DNA from: Bacillota bacterium | Lineage (GTDB): Bacteria; Bacillota; UBA5301; JAMCQP01 | DNA length: 64,000 bases | Assembly: GCA_023381695.1 (NCBI GenBank) | Contig: JAMCQP010000039.1 | Location: forward strand, 2,151-66,150 | Reading direction: 5' to 3' | Part shown: piece by piece, positions 26,738 to 36,219 of the stretch | Layout: each line of letters begins with the position of its first letter | Numbering within the stretch: position 1 is the first letter of the stretch | Notes under the pieces: generated by a model | The model's input: the letters and a program-made list of their open reading frames with translations, nothing else | Database searches by the model: none | What the model was told of the DNA's origin: nothing | Position numbers and translations under genes: made by a program

Positions 26738-28087
26738 ATGCACTTGTACGGGACCATGCGCTTCAACTCCAAAGGCCATCTGGAGATCGGCGGCTGTGAT
26801 ACCGTGGATCTCGCCAGGGATTTCGGTACGCCGCTTTACATCCTGGATGAGGCCGAGATTCGAGGAAAATGCCAGCTTTACCGGTCCAGCTTTGGAAAAG
26901 GGCCGGGTGAGTCGGAGATCGTCTACGCCGGGAAAACCCTGATGACCATGGCCGTCGCCCGCCTGATCGAGGAAGAGGGGTTAAGCCTCGACGTGGTTTC
27001 GGGAGGGGAACTTTACACCGCCCTGGCGGCCGGCTTCCCCGTGGAGAGGCTCTATTTCAACGGCAACAACAAGTCCCGCGAAGAACTCCGCATGGCGGTC
27101 AAAGCCGGAATCCGGCGGGTAATCGTCGACAATATTTCGGAACTGCACCTCCTGGATGAAGTGGCCAGGGAGTTGCATTCCAACATGAAGATTCTCCTCC
27201 GCGTCACTCCGGGGGTGGAGGCCCATACCCACGAATATATCCAGACCGGACAGCTGGACAGCAAGTTCGGCGTCGGGCTGGCCAACGGGCAGGCTCTGGC
27301 GGCCGTCCGGGAAGCCCTGGGGAAATCCGGCGTAACGCTGGTTGGTTTTCAATGCCACATCGGCTCCCAGATCTTCAACCTGGATTCTTACCGGGCCGCG
27401 GCGGGTCTGATGCTGGATTTTATCGCCAAGGCGGCGCGCGAAACCGGGTTTACCTGCCGGGAACTGGACATGGGCGGAGGCCTGGGAATACGCTATAACG
27501 ACCAGGATACTCCGGCCGGCGTTGAAGATTATGCGGCGGCGCTTTGGGACGCCGTCGAGGCGGGATGCCAAACCAGGGGGTTGAAGCCGCCAAAGCTCCT
27601 GGTGGAACCGGGCCGCTCCATCATGGGAGAAGCGGGGACCACCCTGTACACCGTCGGGAGCATCAAGGACGAACCCGGGATCAGAAAGTATGTGGCCATC
27701 GACGGAGGAATGACGGATAATCCCCGGGTGGCCCTCTACGGCGCGGTATATGAGGCGATCCTGGCCAACCGCTCCGCCGCCGGTTCATCCGAGTTGGTAA
27801 ACATTGCCGGCAAGTGCTGTGAGTCAGGGGATATGCTGATCTGGGATCTCCCGCTTCCGTCCATGCACCGGGGCGATCTTCTGGCCGTTCCTTGCACCGG
27901 TGCTTATAACTACTCCATGTCCAGCAACTACAACCGGCTGTTGCGGCCGGCCATGGTGCTGGTCAACGACGGGGAGGCGCACCTGATCGTCAAACGGGAG
28001 ACTTACGACGACCTGTTGCGGAACGACATCATTCCGGAGCGTCTCGAAAGGCAAACCCGGCCCAAGTCCATGGGGGTTGCACTCTAA
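26738..28087 (+). CDS. lysA: Diaminopimelate decarboxylase
   Basis: FGTPLYILDE, YAGKT (PLP Lys), GGGLGI, CESGD motifs. ATG 26738 is the preferred start. Confidence 0.9.
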   Translation: MHLYGTMRFNSKGHLEIGGCDTVDLARDFGTPLYILDEAEIRGKCQLYRSSFGKGPGESEIVYAGKTLMTMAVARLIEEEGLSLDVVSGGELYTALAAGFPVERLYFNGNNKSREELRMAVKAGIRRVIVDNISELHLLDEVARELHSNMKILLRVTPGVEAHTHEYIQTGQLDSKFGVGLANGQALAAVREALGKSGVTLVGFQCHIGSQIFNLDSYRAAAGLMLDFIAKAARETGFTCRELDMGGGLGIRYNDQDTPAGVEDYAAALWDAVEAGCQTRGLKPPKLLVEPGRSIMGEAGTTLYTVGSIKDEPGIRKYVAIDGGMTDNPRVALYGAVYEAILANRSAAGSSELVNIAGKCCESGDMLIWDLPLPSMHRGDLLAVPCTGAYNYSMSSNYNRLLRPAMVLVNDGEAHLIVKRETYDDLLRNDIIPERLERQTRPKSMGVAL

Positions 28088-28207
28088 AAGTGGCTACGGT
28101 TTTTCAAGAACAGGTCTATTCGCAAACCCCATTCTTTTGCGGATAAACCTGTTTTTTACGCGGGTCTTCTGGCGCAGGATGGATGAATTAGGAAAGGTGT
28201 GGCTGAC

Positions 28208-28840
28208 ATGGGGCTGGGAACGATTATATCGTACACATTTTACATCTTGGCGATCTTGTTTGCGCTTTCCCTGCATGAGTTTTCCCACGGGGCGGTGGCC
28301 AATCGCCTGGGCGATCCGACCGCCCGCTATTCCGGGCGCCTGACTTTAAATCCACTGGCGCACCTGGACCTTCTGGGAACGCTGGCTTTTATCATCAGCG
28401 CCGCCAGCGGCGTCGGCTTTGGGTGGGCCAAGCCGGTTCCGATCGATCCCCGCCACTTCAAGGATCAGCGGCGGGGAATGATGTATGTTGGGCTGGCCGG
28501 GCCCCTTTCCAATTTTACTCTCGCCGTGGCGTTGACCATCGTGTTGCGGTTGTTTTCCGGCTTCTTCATCAGCACTTACTGGGGGGAGATCGCCGGTCAG
28601 TTCCTGGCGCTGAACATCTGGCTGAACCTGACGCTGGCCGTCTTTAACCTTATCCCGCTGCCCCCGTTGGACGGTTCCAGGATCCTGGCGGGGCTTTTGC
28701 CCCCGCGCCAGGCTTACCAGTTCATGCGCCTGGAGGCCTACGGCCCGATCCTGCTCCTCTTCTTTTTGATGAGCCGGGCCAGTGATCTGCTCTTACAGCC
28801 GATCTTGGGTTTTTTGGGGCACCTTTTGGGAATACGCTGA
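28208..28840 (+). CDS. Site-2 protease family (M50) zinc metalloprotease, small membrane form
   Basis: HEFSHG HExxH motif in a TM segment and NLIPLPPLDGSR second motif. Confidence 0.75.
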   Translation: MGLGTIISYTFYILAILFALSLHEFSHGAVANRLGDPTARYSGRLTLNPLAHLDLLGTLAFIISAASGVGFGWAKPVPIDPRHFKDQRRGMMYVGLAGPLSNFTLAVALTIVLRLFSGFFISTYWGEIAGQFLALNIWLNLTLAVFNLIPLPPLDGSRILAGLLPPRQAYQFMRLEAYGPILLLFFLMSRASDLLLQPILGFLGHLLGIR

Positions 28841-28873
28841 ATGCGCTGAATCTGGCAACGGAAGGAGACCCCT

Positions 28874-29866
28874 ATGTCGTCGACAAAGAAAGGTAGAGTA
28901 TTTAGCGGAATGCGGCCCACCGGCCAGTTGCACCTGGGCAACTACCTGGGCGCTCTGGAGAACTGGGTGCGGCTGCAGGATGATTATGAATGCTTCTTTT
29001 GCGTGGTGGACTGGCACGCCCTGACCACCGGCTACGAGGAGACCGCCGGCCTGAAAGAAAATGTGCGGCAGATGGTGATCGACTGGCTGAGCGCGGGAAT
29101 CGATCCGGAAAAGAGCGTGGTCTTCCGGCAGTCGGATGTCAAGGAGCATGCGGAGCTGCACCTGCTCCTTTCCATGATCACCCCGCTCTCCTGGCTGGAA
29201 CGGAACCCAACCTACAAGGAACAGCTCCAGCAATTGGCCACCCGGGAGATCTCCACCTACGGCTTTTTGGGATATCCGGTGCTGCAGGCGGCGGACATCC
29301 TGGCCTACAAGGGGGATACCGTCCCGGTGGGAGAGGATCAGCTGCCGCATCTGGAACTTTCCAGGGAGATTGCGCGGCGGTTTAACTTTCTGTACCGGCC
29401 GGTCTTCCCGGAACCCCAGGCCAGGATGAATCAGGTAACCCTTCTGCCCGGCCTGGACAACCGCAAGATGAGCAAGAGCTACGGCAACTATATCGCGATG
29501 GCGGCTTCCGAGCGGGAGCTGGGGGATGCGGTCACCCGGATGATCACGGATCCGGCCCGGATCCGGCGCGACGATCCCGGCCATCCGGAGGTCTGCACGG
29601 TCTTTGCCTACCACAAGATCTTCAGCCCCGACGCGGTCGCCCGGACGGAAAGCGAGTGCCGCGCCGGCAAGATCGGCTGTGTGGCCTGCAAGAAGAACCT
29701 GTCCCAGACCATGAACCAATTCCTGGCCCCCATCCGCGAGCGGAGACAGGAGCTGGAAACCCATCCCGAAAGGGTGGACGAGATCCTGGCTCAGGGCGCC
29801 AGGCGTGCCAGGGCTGTCTCCAGCCAGGTTCTGGCGGAGGTCAGGGAAGCCATGCGCATTGAGTAG
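28874..29866 (+). CDS. trpS: Tryptophan--tRNA ligase
   Basis: SGMRPTGQLHLGNYLGA (HIGH-type) and KMSKS motifs, 330 aa. Confidence 0.95.
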   Translation: MSSTKKGRVFSGMRPTGQLHLGNYLGALENWVRLQDDYECFFCVVDWHALTTGYEETAGLKENVRQMVIDWLSAGIDPEKSVVFRQSDVKEHAELHLLLSMITPLSWLERNPTYKEQLQQLATREISTYGFLGYPVLQAADILAYKGDTVPVGEDQLPHLELSREIARRFNFLYRPVFPEPQARMNQVTLLPGLDNRKMSKSYGNYIAMAASERELGDAVTRMITDPARIRRDDPGHPEVCTVFAYHKIFSPDAVARTESECRAGKIGCVACKKNLSQTMNQFLAPIRERRQELETHPERVDEILAQGARRARAVSSQVLAEVREAMRIE

Positions 29867-29893
29867 AAGGGCGTTTTAAGGTGTGGTGGCGCG

Positions 29894-30667
29894 GTGAGCT
29901 ATAATGTGCAACTGGAGATCTTCTCCGGGCCGATGGATCTGTTGCTGCACCTCATTCAAAAGAATGAGATGAGCATCTACGACATCCCCATCGCCAGGAT
30001 TACCGAGCAATACCTGGAATACCTGGCCACACTGCAGGAACTGGATGTGGACATCGCCAGCGATTTTCTGGTCATGGCCGCCACGCTGATTCACATGAAG
30101 GCGCGTCTGCTCTTGCCCAAAGCTCCTCCGGCGGAAGGCGAGGAATCCGAGGAAGAGGAGCTGGACCCCCGGGAAGAACTCGCCCGCCGGCTGATGGAAT
30201 ACAAGAAGTATAAAGAGGCCAGCAACCTCCTCCGCGCTCTGGGGGAAAGCCAAAATCTGGTCTGGACTCGCGATATTCTTCTGGAGGCGGCGGGGCAACC
30301 GCCGTCCCAGGCAGAGGCTTTTCCGGCCCTGGAAGGGGTCTCCCTGGACGATCTGGTGGCCGCTCTGAAGAATGTCCTGGCCGGCCTGACGGAGACCGAG
30401 GAGACCTCATACCGTGTCCCCAAAGAACGTTTCTCCATCCGCCAGAAGATGCGGGATATCCTGCGGCTCTTGCGGCAGGAAAGGCGCCTCTCTTTCCAGC
30501 AGCTCTTTGGTTCACACCGGAGCCGGACGGAGGTCGTGGTCTCCTTTTTGGCGCTTCTGGAACTGATCCGGCTGGGGCTGGCGGCGGCCAGGCAAAGCCT
30601 GTCGTTTGGCGCCATCGAGCTCTTCTATGTGGAACGCACCCGGAAAAAAGGTGGTGCCGGCCATTGA
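29894..30667 (+). CDS. scpA: Segregation and condensation protein A
   Basis: LEIFSGPMDLLLHLIQKNEMSIYDIPIA...ASDFLVMAATL. Confidence 0.9.
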   Translation: MSYNVQLEIFSGPMDLLLHLIQKNEMSIYDIPIARITEQYLEYLATLQELDVDIASDFLVMAATLIHMKARLLLPKAPPAEGEESEEEELDPREELARRLMEYKKYKEASNLLRALGESQNLVWTRDILLEAAGQPPSQAEAFPALEGVSLDDLVAALKNVLAGLTETEETSYRVPKERFSIRQKMRDILRLLRQERRLSFQQLFGSHRSRTEVVVSFLALLELIRLGLAAARQSLSFGAIELFYVERTRKKGGAGH

Positions 30668-31218
30668 ATATTCATGAAGCCAAGGCCGTTCTGGAGGCGT
30701 TGATCTTTGCGGCGCCCGCGCCGGTCACCCTCCGGGAACTGGCAGGCATACTTCAGTTGCACGAAAACACGGTAAAGGTACTGGTGCAGCAGTTGAAAGA
30801 CGACTATCAGGCCAAAAAGTGCGGGTTCCTCCCGCAGGAGGTCGCGGGCGGCTGGCAATTCTGCACCAACCCCCAGTTTGCCCCCTATATAGCGCAACTT
30901 GGCCGCCCGCCCCGCAACAGCCCGTTATCCCAGGCGGCTTTGGAGACTCTGGCCATCATCGCCTACCGTCAACCGATCACCAGAACGGAAGTCGAGGCCA
31001 TCCGGGGCGTCAGGGTCGACAGCGCGCTGACCACCCTGGAAGAACGGCAGCTGATCTGCGAGGTGGGGCGAAAGGACGCGGCGGGCAGGCCCATCCTTTA
31101 CGGGACCACCGAGGCGTTTCTGCGCAGCTTCGGATTGCGGGATTTGAAGGACCTCCCCCCGCTCCCGGAAGAATTCGCTCTCCAGTTGGCGGCAGTAGAG
31201 GAAGAATATGATAATTAA
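30664..31218 (+). CDS. scpB: Segregation and condensation protein B
   Basis: LEALIFAAPAPVT...LSQAALETLAIIAYRQPITRTEVEAIRGV. ATGA overlap with scpA. Confidence 0.9.
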   Translation: MNIHEAKAVLEALIFAAPAPVTLRELAGILQLHENTVKVLVQQLKDDYQAKKCGFLPQEVAGGWQFCTNPQFAPYIAQLGRPPRNSPLSQAALETLAIIAYRQPITRTEVEAIRGVRVDSALTTLEERQLICEVGRKDAAGRPILYGTTEAFLRSFGLRDLKDLPPLPEEFALQLAAVEEEYDN

Positions 31219-31233
31219 AGCCAGGAAAGACTA

Positions 31234-31252
31234 CCCCGCGAAAGCGGGGTTT
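31234..31252 (+). terminator. Small GNRA-loop hairpin after scpB
   Basis: CCCCGC-gaaa-GCGGGG followed by TTT. Confidence 0.4.
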
Positions 31253-31257
31253 GGATT

Positions 31258-31962
31258 ATGATCCTGATTTTGGCGGCTCTCCTCCTTCTTCTTTTGCTGA
31301 TTGCCGGCATCCTGCTTCTTATTTTATCCCGGATGTGGCTCAGGCTGGAGTTCCATTACGAACGCCGGCCCGGTCATAACCAGCTCTTCCTGCAGATCAA
31401 GATCCCCCCGTTCTGGATCTACAAGCTCGAATCAAGACCCGAGGAAACGTCCATCAACCCGCCTTCCAAAGAAGATGTTGCGCCCGAATCATCCGCGCCG
31501 GAGAAAGACTTCTTTGAAAGACTGGGGGACGCCACGGGAGAGATTCAAGCCAAGTTCGCCGAGATCAAAGAGAGCGTGGATTTTGTCTGGTCGGTTCTCC
31601 ACGGCAGGCTTTCCGCAAGGGTCGTTGAATTGCCGGTGAGCGTCCCGGTGCGCTTTGCCATCGATTTACTGGACAGGGTGCCCCTGATTGCCGAGGAGTT
31701 GAACTGGTCCACCCGGATCGGCGGCGGCGAACCCGCGACGACCGGCGTCCTGGTGGGTCTGGTCTGGGTTGGAAAGGCTTTTCTCTTTGGACGGCTCACG
31801 GGGCACGTGAAATTTGCCAAGCCTCCCCGGCTGGCGGTGGTGCCAAATTTTGGCGGTTTCGACTTCAGCGTGGCCTTCAAATGCATACTCCGGGTGAAGC
31901 TTGGTGATATTATGGTTGCTGGCATCAAGAGTGCCCGCCTTTTGGCATTTCAAAGGGGGTAA
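31258..31962 (+). CDS. YtfI-like sporulation membrane protein (DUF2953)
   Basis: N-terminal Leu-rich TM helix, 234 aa, immediately upstream of a GerW/YtfJ homologue as in B. subtilis ytfI-ytfJ. Confidence 0.55.
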   Translation: MILILAALLLLLLLIAGILLLILSRMWLRLEFHYERRPGHNQLFLQIKIPPFWIYKLESRPEETSINPPSKEDVAPESSAPEKDFFERLGDATGEIQAKFAEIKESVDFVWSVLHGRLSARVVELPVSVPVRFAIDLLDRVPLIAEELNWSTRIGGGEPATTGVLVGLVWVGKAFLFGRLTGHVKFAKPPRLAVVPNFGGFDFSVAFKCILRVKLGDIMVAGIKSARLLAFQRG

Positions 31963-31968
31963 TGGCTG

Positions 31969-32631
31969 ATGGAGATCCATCCCATTGAAGGTTTGATGAA
32001 GACCACCATGGAAAGCATCAAAAACATGGTGGATGTGAACACCATTCTGGGGGATCCCGTGGAAACACCGGATGGGAACGTAATCGTGCCGATTTCCCGG
32101 GTGACCTTCGGGTTTGCCGCGGGAGGAACGGAGTTTGAATCCGAGATGGCCGGCGAGGGCGGCAAAGACGGCCATGGCGAAGGTGGCGGCGGCGGTGGAG
32201 GCGCCGGAGGGGGCAATGGCGGGCAGAAGAGATCGGCCGGGGGCCAGGAAAACACATTACCCTTTGGCGGCGGCAGCGGCGCCGGGATCTCCATCCAGCC
32301 GGTGGCTTTTCTGGTGGTCGGCCACCAGCAGGTCCGCCTGCTGCCGGTGGACGGGCGGGCCATCTACGACCGCCTGCTGGATATGGCGCCGGGGATTATC
32401 GATCAATTGCAGGCGATGCTGTCCAAGACCTCCGGCAAATTCCCTGGCCAGGCCGGGCCAGAGCAGGTCAAGGTCGGCTCCTCTTACCAGGGGGCAGGCG
32501 GGACTGAGCCGGCCACCGGCCAGTACCAGGGCTATGGCGCTGGAAACGCCGGAGGCGGTCCTGCAAGGGCCGGGTGGCGTTTTAAACGGCAACCGGGCGG
32601 ACAAACCCCGCCGCCCGAGCCGGTACAGTAG
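31969..32631 (+). CDS. GerW/YtfJ-family sporulation protein with Gly-rich insert and long C-terminal tail
   Basis: IEGLMKTTMESIKNMVDVNTILGDPVETPDGNVIVPISRVTFGFAAGG and GAGISIQPVAFLVV motifs. Confidence 0.75.
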   Translation: MEIHPIEGLMKTTMESIKNMVDVNTILGDPVETPDGNVIVPISRVTFGFAAGGTEFESEMAGEGGKDGHGEGGGGGGGAGGGNGGQKRSAGGQENTLPFGGGSGAGISIQPVAFLVVGHQQVRLLPVDGRAIYDRLLDMAPGIIDQLQAMLSKTSGKFPGQAGPEQVKVGSSYQGAGGTEPATGQYQGYGAGNAGGGPARAGWRFKRQPGGQTPPPEPVQ

Positions 32632-32697
32632 CTTAAGTTGGGTACCTGATGGGAAAGTCTCCTCTGTTGCTCCAGAAGCTCCTCGCCTACCAAAGGA

Positions 32698-32733
32698 AGC
32701 GTGAACACCGCGAACAGGTGTCACGCTTTTTTT
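32698..32733 (+). terminator. Rho-independent terminator
   Basis: AGCGTGAACACC...GGTGTCACGCT stem followed by TTTTTTT. Confidence 0.75.
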
Positions 32734-32789
32734 CCGCCTCCAACATATACTATACAAACCTCTATTCAAAAACCCACCGGAAGTGGGGG

Positions 32790-34079
32790 ATGACCATGGT
32801 GAGGGTGGTAGTTGCCGGAGGAGGCTGGGCCGGGTGCGCCGCGGCCAACGCCGCCAGAAAGGCGGGCGCCGAGGTCACGCTTCTGGAAAGAACGGACATG
32901 CTCCTGGGAACGGGTCTCGTGGGCGGGATCATGCGAAACAACGGCCGCCTCACGGCGTGGCTTGAGCTGGAAGCGTTGGGAGCCCCGGACCTTCTGGCGA
33001 TCATCGGCGCCATGACCCGGCACGCCAACATCGATTTTCCCGGCCACCGGCATGCCAGCCTGTATGATGTGGACCGCATCGAGCCGATGATCCGGGCTTT
33101 TTTGGAGGAAAGCGGGGTCGAGGTTCTCACCCAGACCCGGGCCACCGGCGTCCAGATGGACGGCCGGTTGATCCACAGCATCGTGGTGGAAGGGGAAGAG
33201 CAGATCCAGGGCGACGTGTTCGTGGACGCCACCGGCACGGCGGCCACCATGCGCAAGTGCATCCGACATGACGGGGTTTGCGTGATGTGCATCCTGCGCT
33301 GCCCGAGCTTCGGCCCGCGGGTGAGCATCGCCGCCCAGGCGGGGGTGGAAGAGATCGAGGGTGAATACATGGAAGCGATGAGCGGCTCGTGCAAGCTCAT
33401 CAAGGATTCCCTGGGCGCCTGGCTCGTCGAGCGGCTGGAAAGACACGGCGTGGTGGTGGTCCCCATTCCGAAATATGTGATGGCCAGGGACAATCTCCGG
33501 CGCAAGGCCTGCCAGCAGTACGCCCTCAAGGAATACGCCGACAACCTAGTGCTTCTGGACACCGGGCCGGCCAAATTGATGGCGCCCTTCTTCCCGCTGG
33601 AGAAGCTGCGGCTGATTCCGGGCTTCTCCTCCGCCAGGTACAACGACCCGTATTCCGGCGGAAAGGGAAACTCCATCCGCTACTCGATGATCACCCCTCA
33701 TGACAACACCCTGAAGGTCAGCGGCGTGGAGAACCTCTTTTGCGCCGGGGAGAAGACGGGCCTCCTGGTGGGCCACACCGAGGCCATCGTCACAGGCACC
33801 CTGGCCGGGCACAACGCGGTGAGGCTGGCGGCGGGAAAGCCGCTTCTGGATCTGCCCCGCTTCCTGGCCACCGGGGATATCATCGCCTATATCAACGAGA
33901 GCGTCCGGACCGAGGAGGGACGCCGGCGCAAGTATACCTTCTCCGGTTCCGTGTATTTTGAGCGAATGAAGGAGCTCAACCTCTATACCACCCAGCACCG
34001 CGAGGCCGAAAGGCGTGCCAGGCAGGCCGGGCTCAGCGGGATCTTCAGCCGGAAGATTGCCGGGCAGAAGATTGTTTGA
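32790..34079 (+). CDS. FAD-dependent oxidoreductase (GIDA/TrmFO-like fold, function unknown)
   Basis: VVVAGGGWAGCAAANAARKAGAEVTLLE dinucleotide-binding motif. The N-terminal 47 codons of the long ORF cross the terminator, so ATG 32790 is preferred. Confidence 0.6.
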   Translation: MTMVRVVVAGGGWAGCAAANAARKAGAEVTLLERTDMLLGTGLVGGIMRNNGRLTAWLELEALGAPDLLAIIGAMTRHANIDFPGHRHASLYDVDRIEPMIRAFLEESGVEVLTQTRATGVQMDGRLIHSIVVEGEEQIQGDVFVDATGTAATMRKCIRHDGVCVMCILRCPSFGPRVSIAAQAGVEEIEGEYMEAMSGSCKLIKDSLGAWLVERLERHGVVVVPIPKYVMARDNLRRKACQQYALKEYADNLVLLDTGPAKLMAPFFPLEKLRLIPGFSSARYNDPYSGGKGNSIRYSMITPHDNTLKVSGVENLFCAGEKTGLLVGHTEAIVTGTLAGHNAVRLAAGKPLLDLPRFLATGDIIAYINESVRTEEGRRRKYTFSGSVYFERMKELNLYTTQHREAERRARQAGLSGIFSRKIAGQKIV

Positions 34080-34168
34080 CGGCTCAAGATGTGGTACAAT
34101 AACCGGGAAGTACCAGAGGGTGGCATAGTGGGATACCCAAGACGCTGGCAAAAAGGGAGTAGCACAAG

Positions 34169-34912
34169 GTGTTGATTCGGCTGCAAAAGGCGCTCGCCGA
34201 TGCAGGGGTCGCTTCGCGCCGGGCGGGGGAAAAGCTGATCATCTCCGGCCGGGTGAGAGTAAACGGCCTGGTGGTCACCTGCCTGGGCGGCAAGGTGGAT
34301 CCCCGGACGGATACCATCGAGGTGGACGGGAAAGCCATCGAAAAGGCGGAGCGTAAACGTTACATCATGCTCAACAAGCCTGCCGGGTACGTAACCACCG
34401 TTTCCGACCCCCAGGGCCGCAAAACGGTGCTCGATCTTCTGGCCGGGGTGGAGGAACGCGTCTATCCGGTCGGCCGCCTGGACTATGACACCGAGGGGCT
34501 TCTGCTGCTTACCAACGATGGGCCGTTGACCTTCGCCCTTACCCACCCCAGCAGGGGGGTGGAGAAGCGCTACCTGGCGCTGGTGGAGGGAATCCCCGGC
34601 GACGAAGCGCTTGCCCGGCTAAAGGCTGGCGTGATCCTCGCCGACGGGCCCACCGCTCCCGCCAGGGTGAGGCTTTTACGCGCAAAAGAAGGACAGGCCC
34701 TCCTGGAGATCGCCATCCACGAAGGGCGCACCCGCCAGGTCCGGCGCATGTGCGAAGCCATCGGCCACCCGGTCCTGCACCTATCCCGGACCCATTTCGG
34801 CGGGTTAAGCCTGGGAAAGTTGCCGGCCGGCCGCTCTCGTGAGCTGTCGGAGAAAGAAGTCGGCCTGCTTCGCAAAAACACCGGCCTGAATACCGGGAGG
34901 GAGTCTACTTGA
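34169..34912 (+). CDS. rluB: 23S/16S rRNA pseudouridine synthase, RsuA/RluB family
   Basis: S4 domain (RLQKALADAGVASRRAGEKLI) plus GRLDYDTEGLLLLTNDG catalytic Asp motif. Confidence 0.85.
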   Translation: MLIRLQKALADAGVASRRAGEKLIISGRVRVNGLVVTCLGGKVDPRTDTIEVDGKAIEKAERKRYIMLNKPAGYVTTVSDPQGRKTVLDLLAGVEERVYPVGRLDYDTEGLLLLTNDGPLTFALTHPSRGVEKRYLALVEGIPGDEALARLKAGVILADGPTAPARVRLLRAKEGQALLEIAIHEGRTRQVRRMCEAIGHPVLHLSRTHFGGLSLGKLPAGRSRELSEKEVGLLRKNTGLNTGREST

Positions 34913-36219
34913 AGCCACGCGTAATTGTGATCGGCGCCGGCCCGGCAGGGATGCTGGCCGCCGGCAGGGCCGCCGAAGAGGGCGCAAATGTCCTGTTGCT
35001 GGAAAAGAACTCCCAGCCAGGCAGAAAGATTCTGGTGACCGGCAAGGGCCGGTGCAACCTCACCAATGCCTGTGACGCGGACGAATATATCGCCAATATG
35101 GTTGGGAACGGCTCTTTTCTCTTCAGCGCTTTCCACGCCTTTCCCAGCAGCGAAGTCATCCGGTTCTTCAACGATCTGGGGCTGCCCACGAAGGTGGAGA
35201 GGGGAAGCCGGGTCTTTCCGGTCAGGGACCGGGCCATGGATGTGGTGGACACCTTGCAGAGATACCTGAAAGGAGACAGGGTGGAGATCCGGTACCACAC
35301 CGCCGCGGATGGCATCCACGTTGAGAATGGGCGGGCGACCGCAGTCACCGCCACCACGGGCGAGCGCTTCCACGGAAACAGCCTCATCCTGGCCACCGGC
35401 GGCGCCTCCTATCCCGGCACGGGCTCCACGGGCGACGGCTACCGGATTGCCGAGGCTCTCGGCCACACCATCGTCCCGCTCAAACCCGCCTTGATTCCCC
35501 TGGAGGTCGTGGAACCATGGATCGGTCAACTTCAAGGGCTTTCCCTGCGCAACGTCCGGGCGACCGCCTGGACGGAGGCAAGGTCCGGCGAAAAGAAATT
35601 GGGCGAGGAGTTTGGGGAGATGCTCTTCACGCATTATGGGGTCTCCGGGCCGATCATTTTCACCCTGAGCCGGCCAGTGGCGGCCGCTCTGGCGAAAATC
35701 GAGCGCGAAGGCGGGGAGCGGAAAAGGGGAGGCCGGAGCCAATCAGCCGGGGTTTGGCTTTCGATTAACCTCAAGCCCGCCCTGAGCGAAGAACAACTGG
35801 ATTCACGCTTGCAGAGGGATCTAACCAGGTTCTCCCGCAAGCAATTTCGCAACAGCCTGGACGAACTGCTGCCGAAGAAGATGATCCCGGTCTTCGTGGA
35901 CCTATCCGGCATCCCGCCGGAGAAACCTGTTCACCAGATCACCCGTGGGGAGCGGCAGCGGCTTTTAGAGCTTCTGACGGACTTCCGGGTCACCGTCACC
36001 GGTACCAGGCCGTTGCGCGAGGCGATTGTGACCGCCGGCGGGGTCTCCGTCAAGGAGATCGACCCCCGGACCATGGAATCGAGGATGGTGCCGGGGCTCT
36101 TCTTCGCCGGCGAGGTGATCGACGTGGACGGCAACACCGGCGGGTTCAACCTGCAGACGGCCTTCTGCACCGGATACCTGGCCGGAAAGCATGCGGCGCG
36201 GGCCGCATCGCACCAATGA
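34909..36219 (+). CDS. NAD(P)/FAD-dependent oxidoreductase, HI0933/YhiN/BaiN family
   Basis: VIVIGAGPAGMLAA...GKGRCNLTN...GGASYP..GSTGDGY...GE..DVDG.TGGFNLQ. Confidence 0.8.
   Translation: MKPRVIVIGAGPAGMLAAGRAAEEGANVLLLEKNSQPGRKILVTGKGRCNLTNACDADEYIANMVGNGSFLFSAFHAFPSSEVIRFFNDLGLPTKVERGSRVFPVRDRAMDVVDTLQRYLKGDRVEIRYHTAADGIHVENGRATAVTATTGERFHGNSLILATGGASYPGTGSTGDGYRIAEALGHTIVPLKPALIPLEVVEPWIGQLQGLSLRNVRATAWTEARSGEKKLGEEFGEMLFTHYGVSGPIIFTLSRPVAAALAKIEREGGERKRGGRSQSAGVWLSINLKPALSEEQLDSRLQRDLTRFSRKQFRNSLDELLPKKMIPVFVDLSGIPPEKPVHQITRGERQRLLELLTDFRVTVTGTRPLREAIVTAGGVSVKEIDPRTMESRMVPGLFFAGEVIDVDGNTGGFNLQTAFCTGYLAGKHAARAASHQ

Noticed and set aside
28841-28873. T-box upstream of trpS
   Set aside because: Only 33 bp separate trpS from the preceding M50 gene, which is far too short for a T-box leader.
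28793-29764. 323-aa minus-strand ORF
   Set aside because: Antisense to trpS, which has unambiguous class I synthetase motifs.
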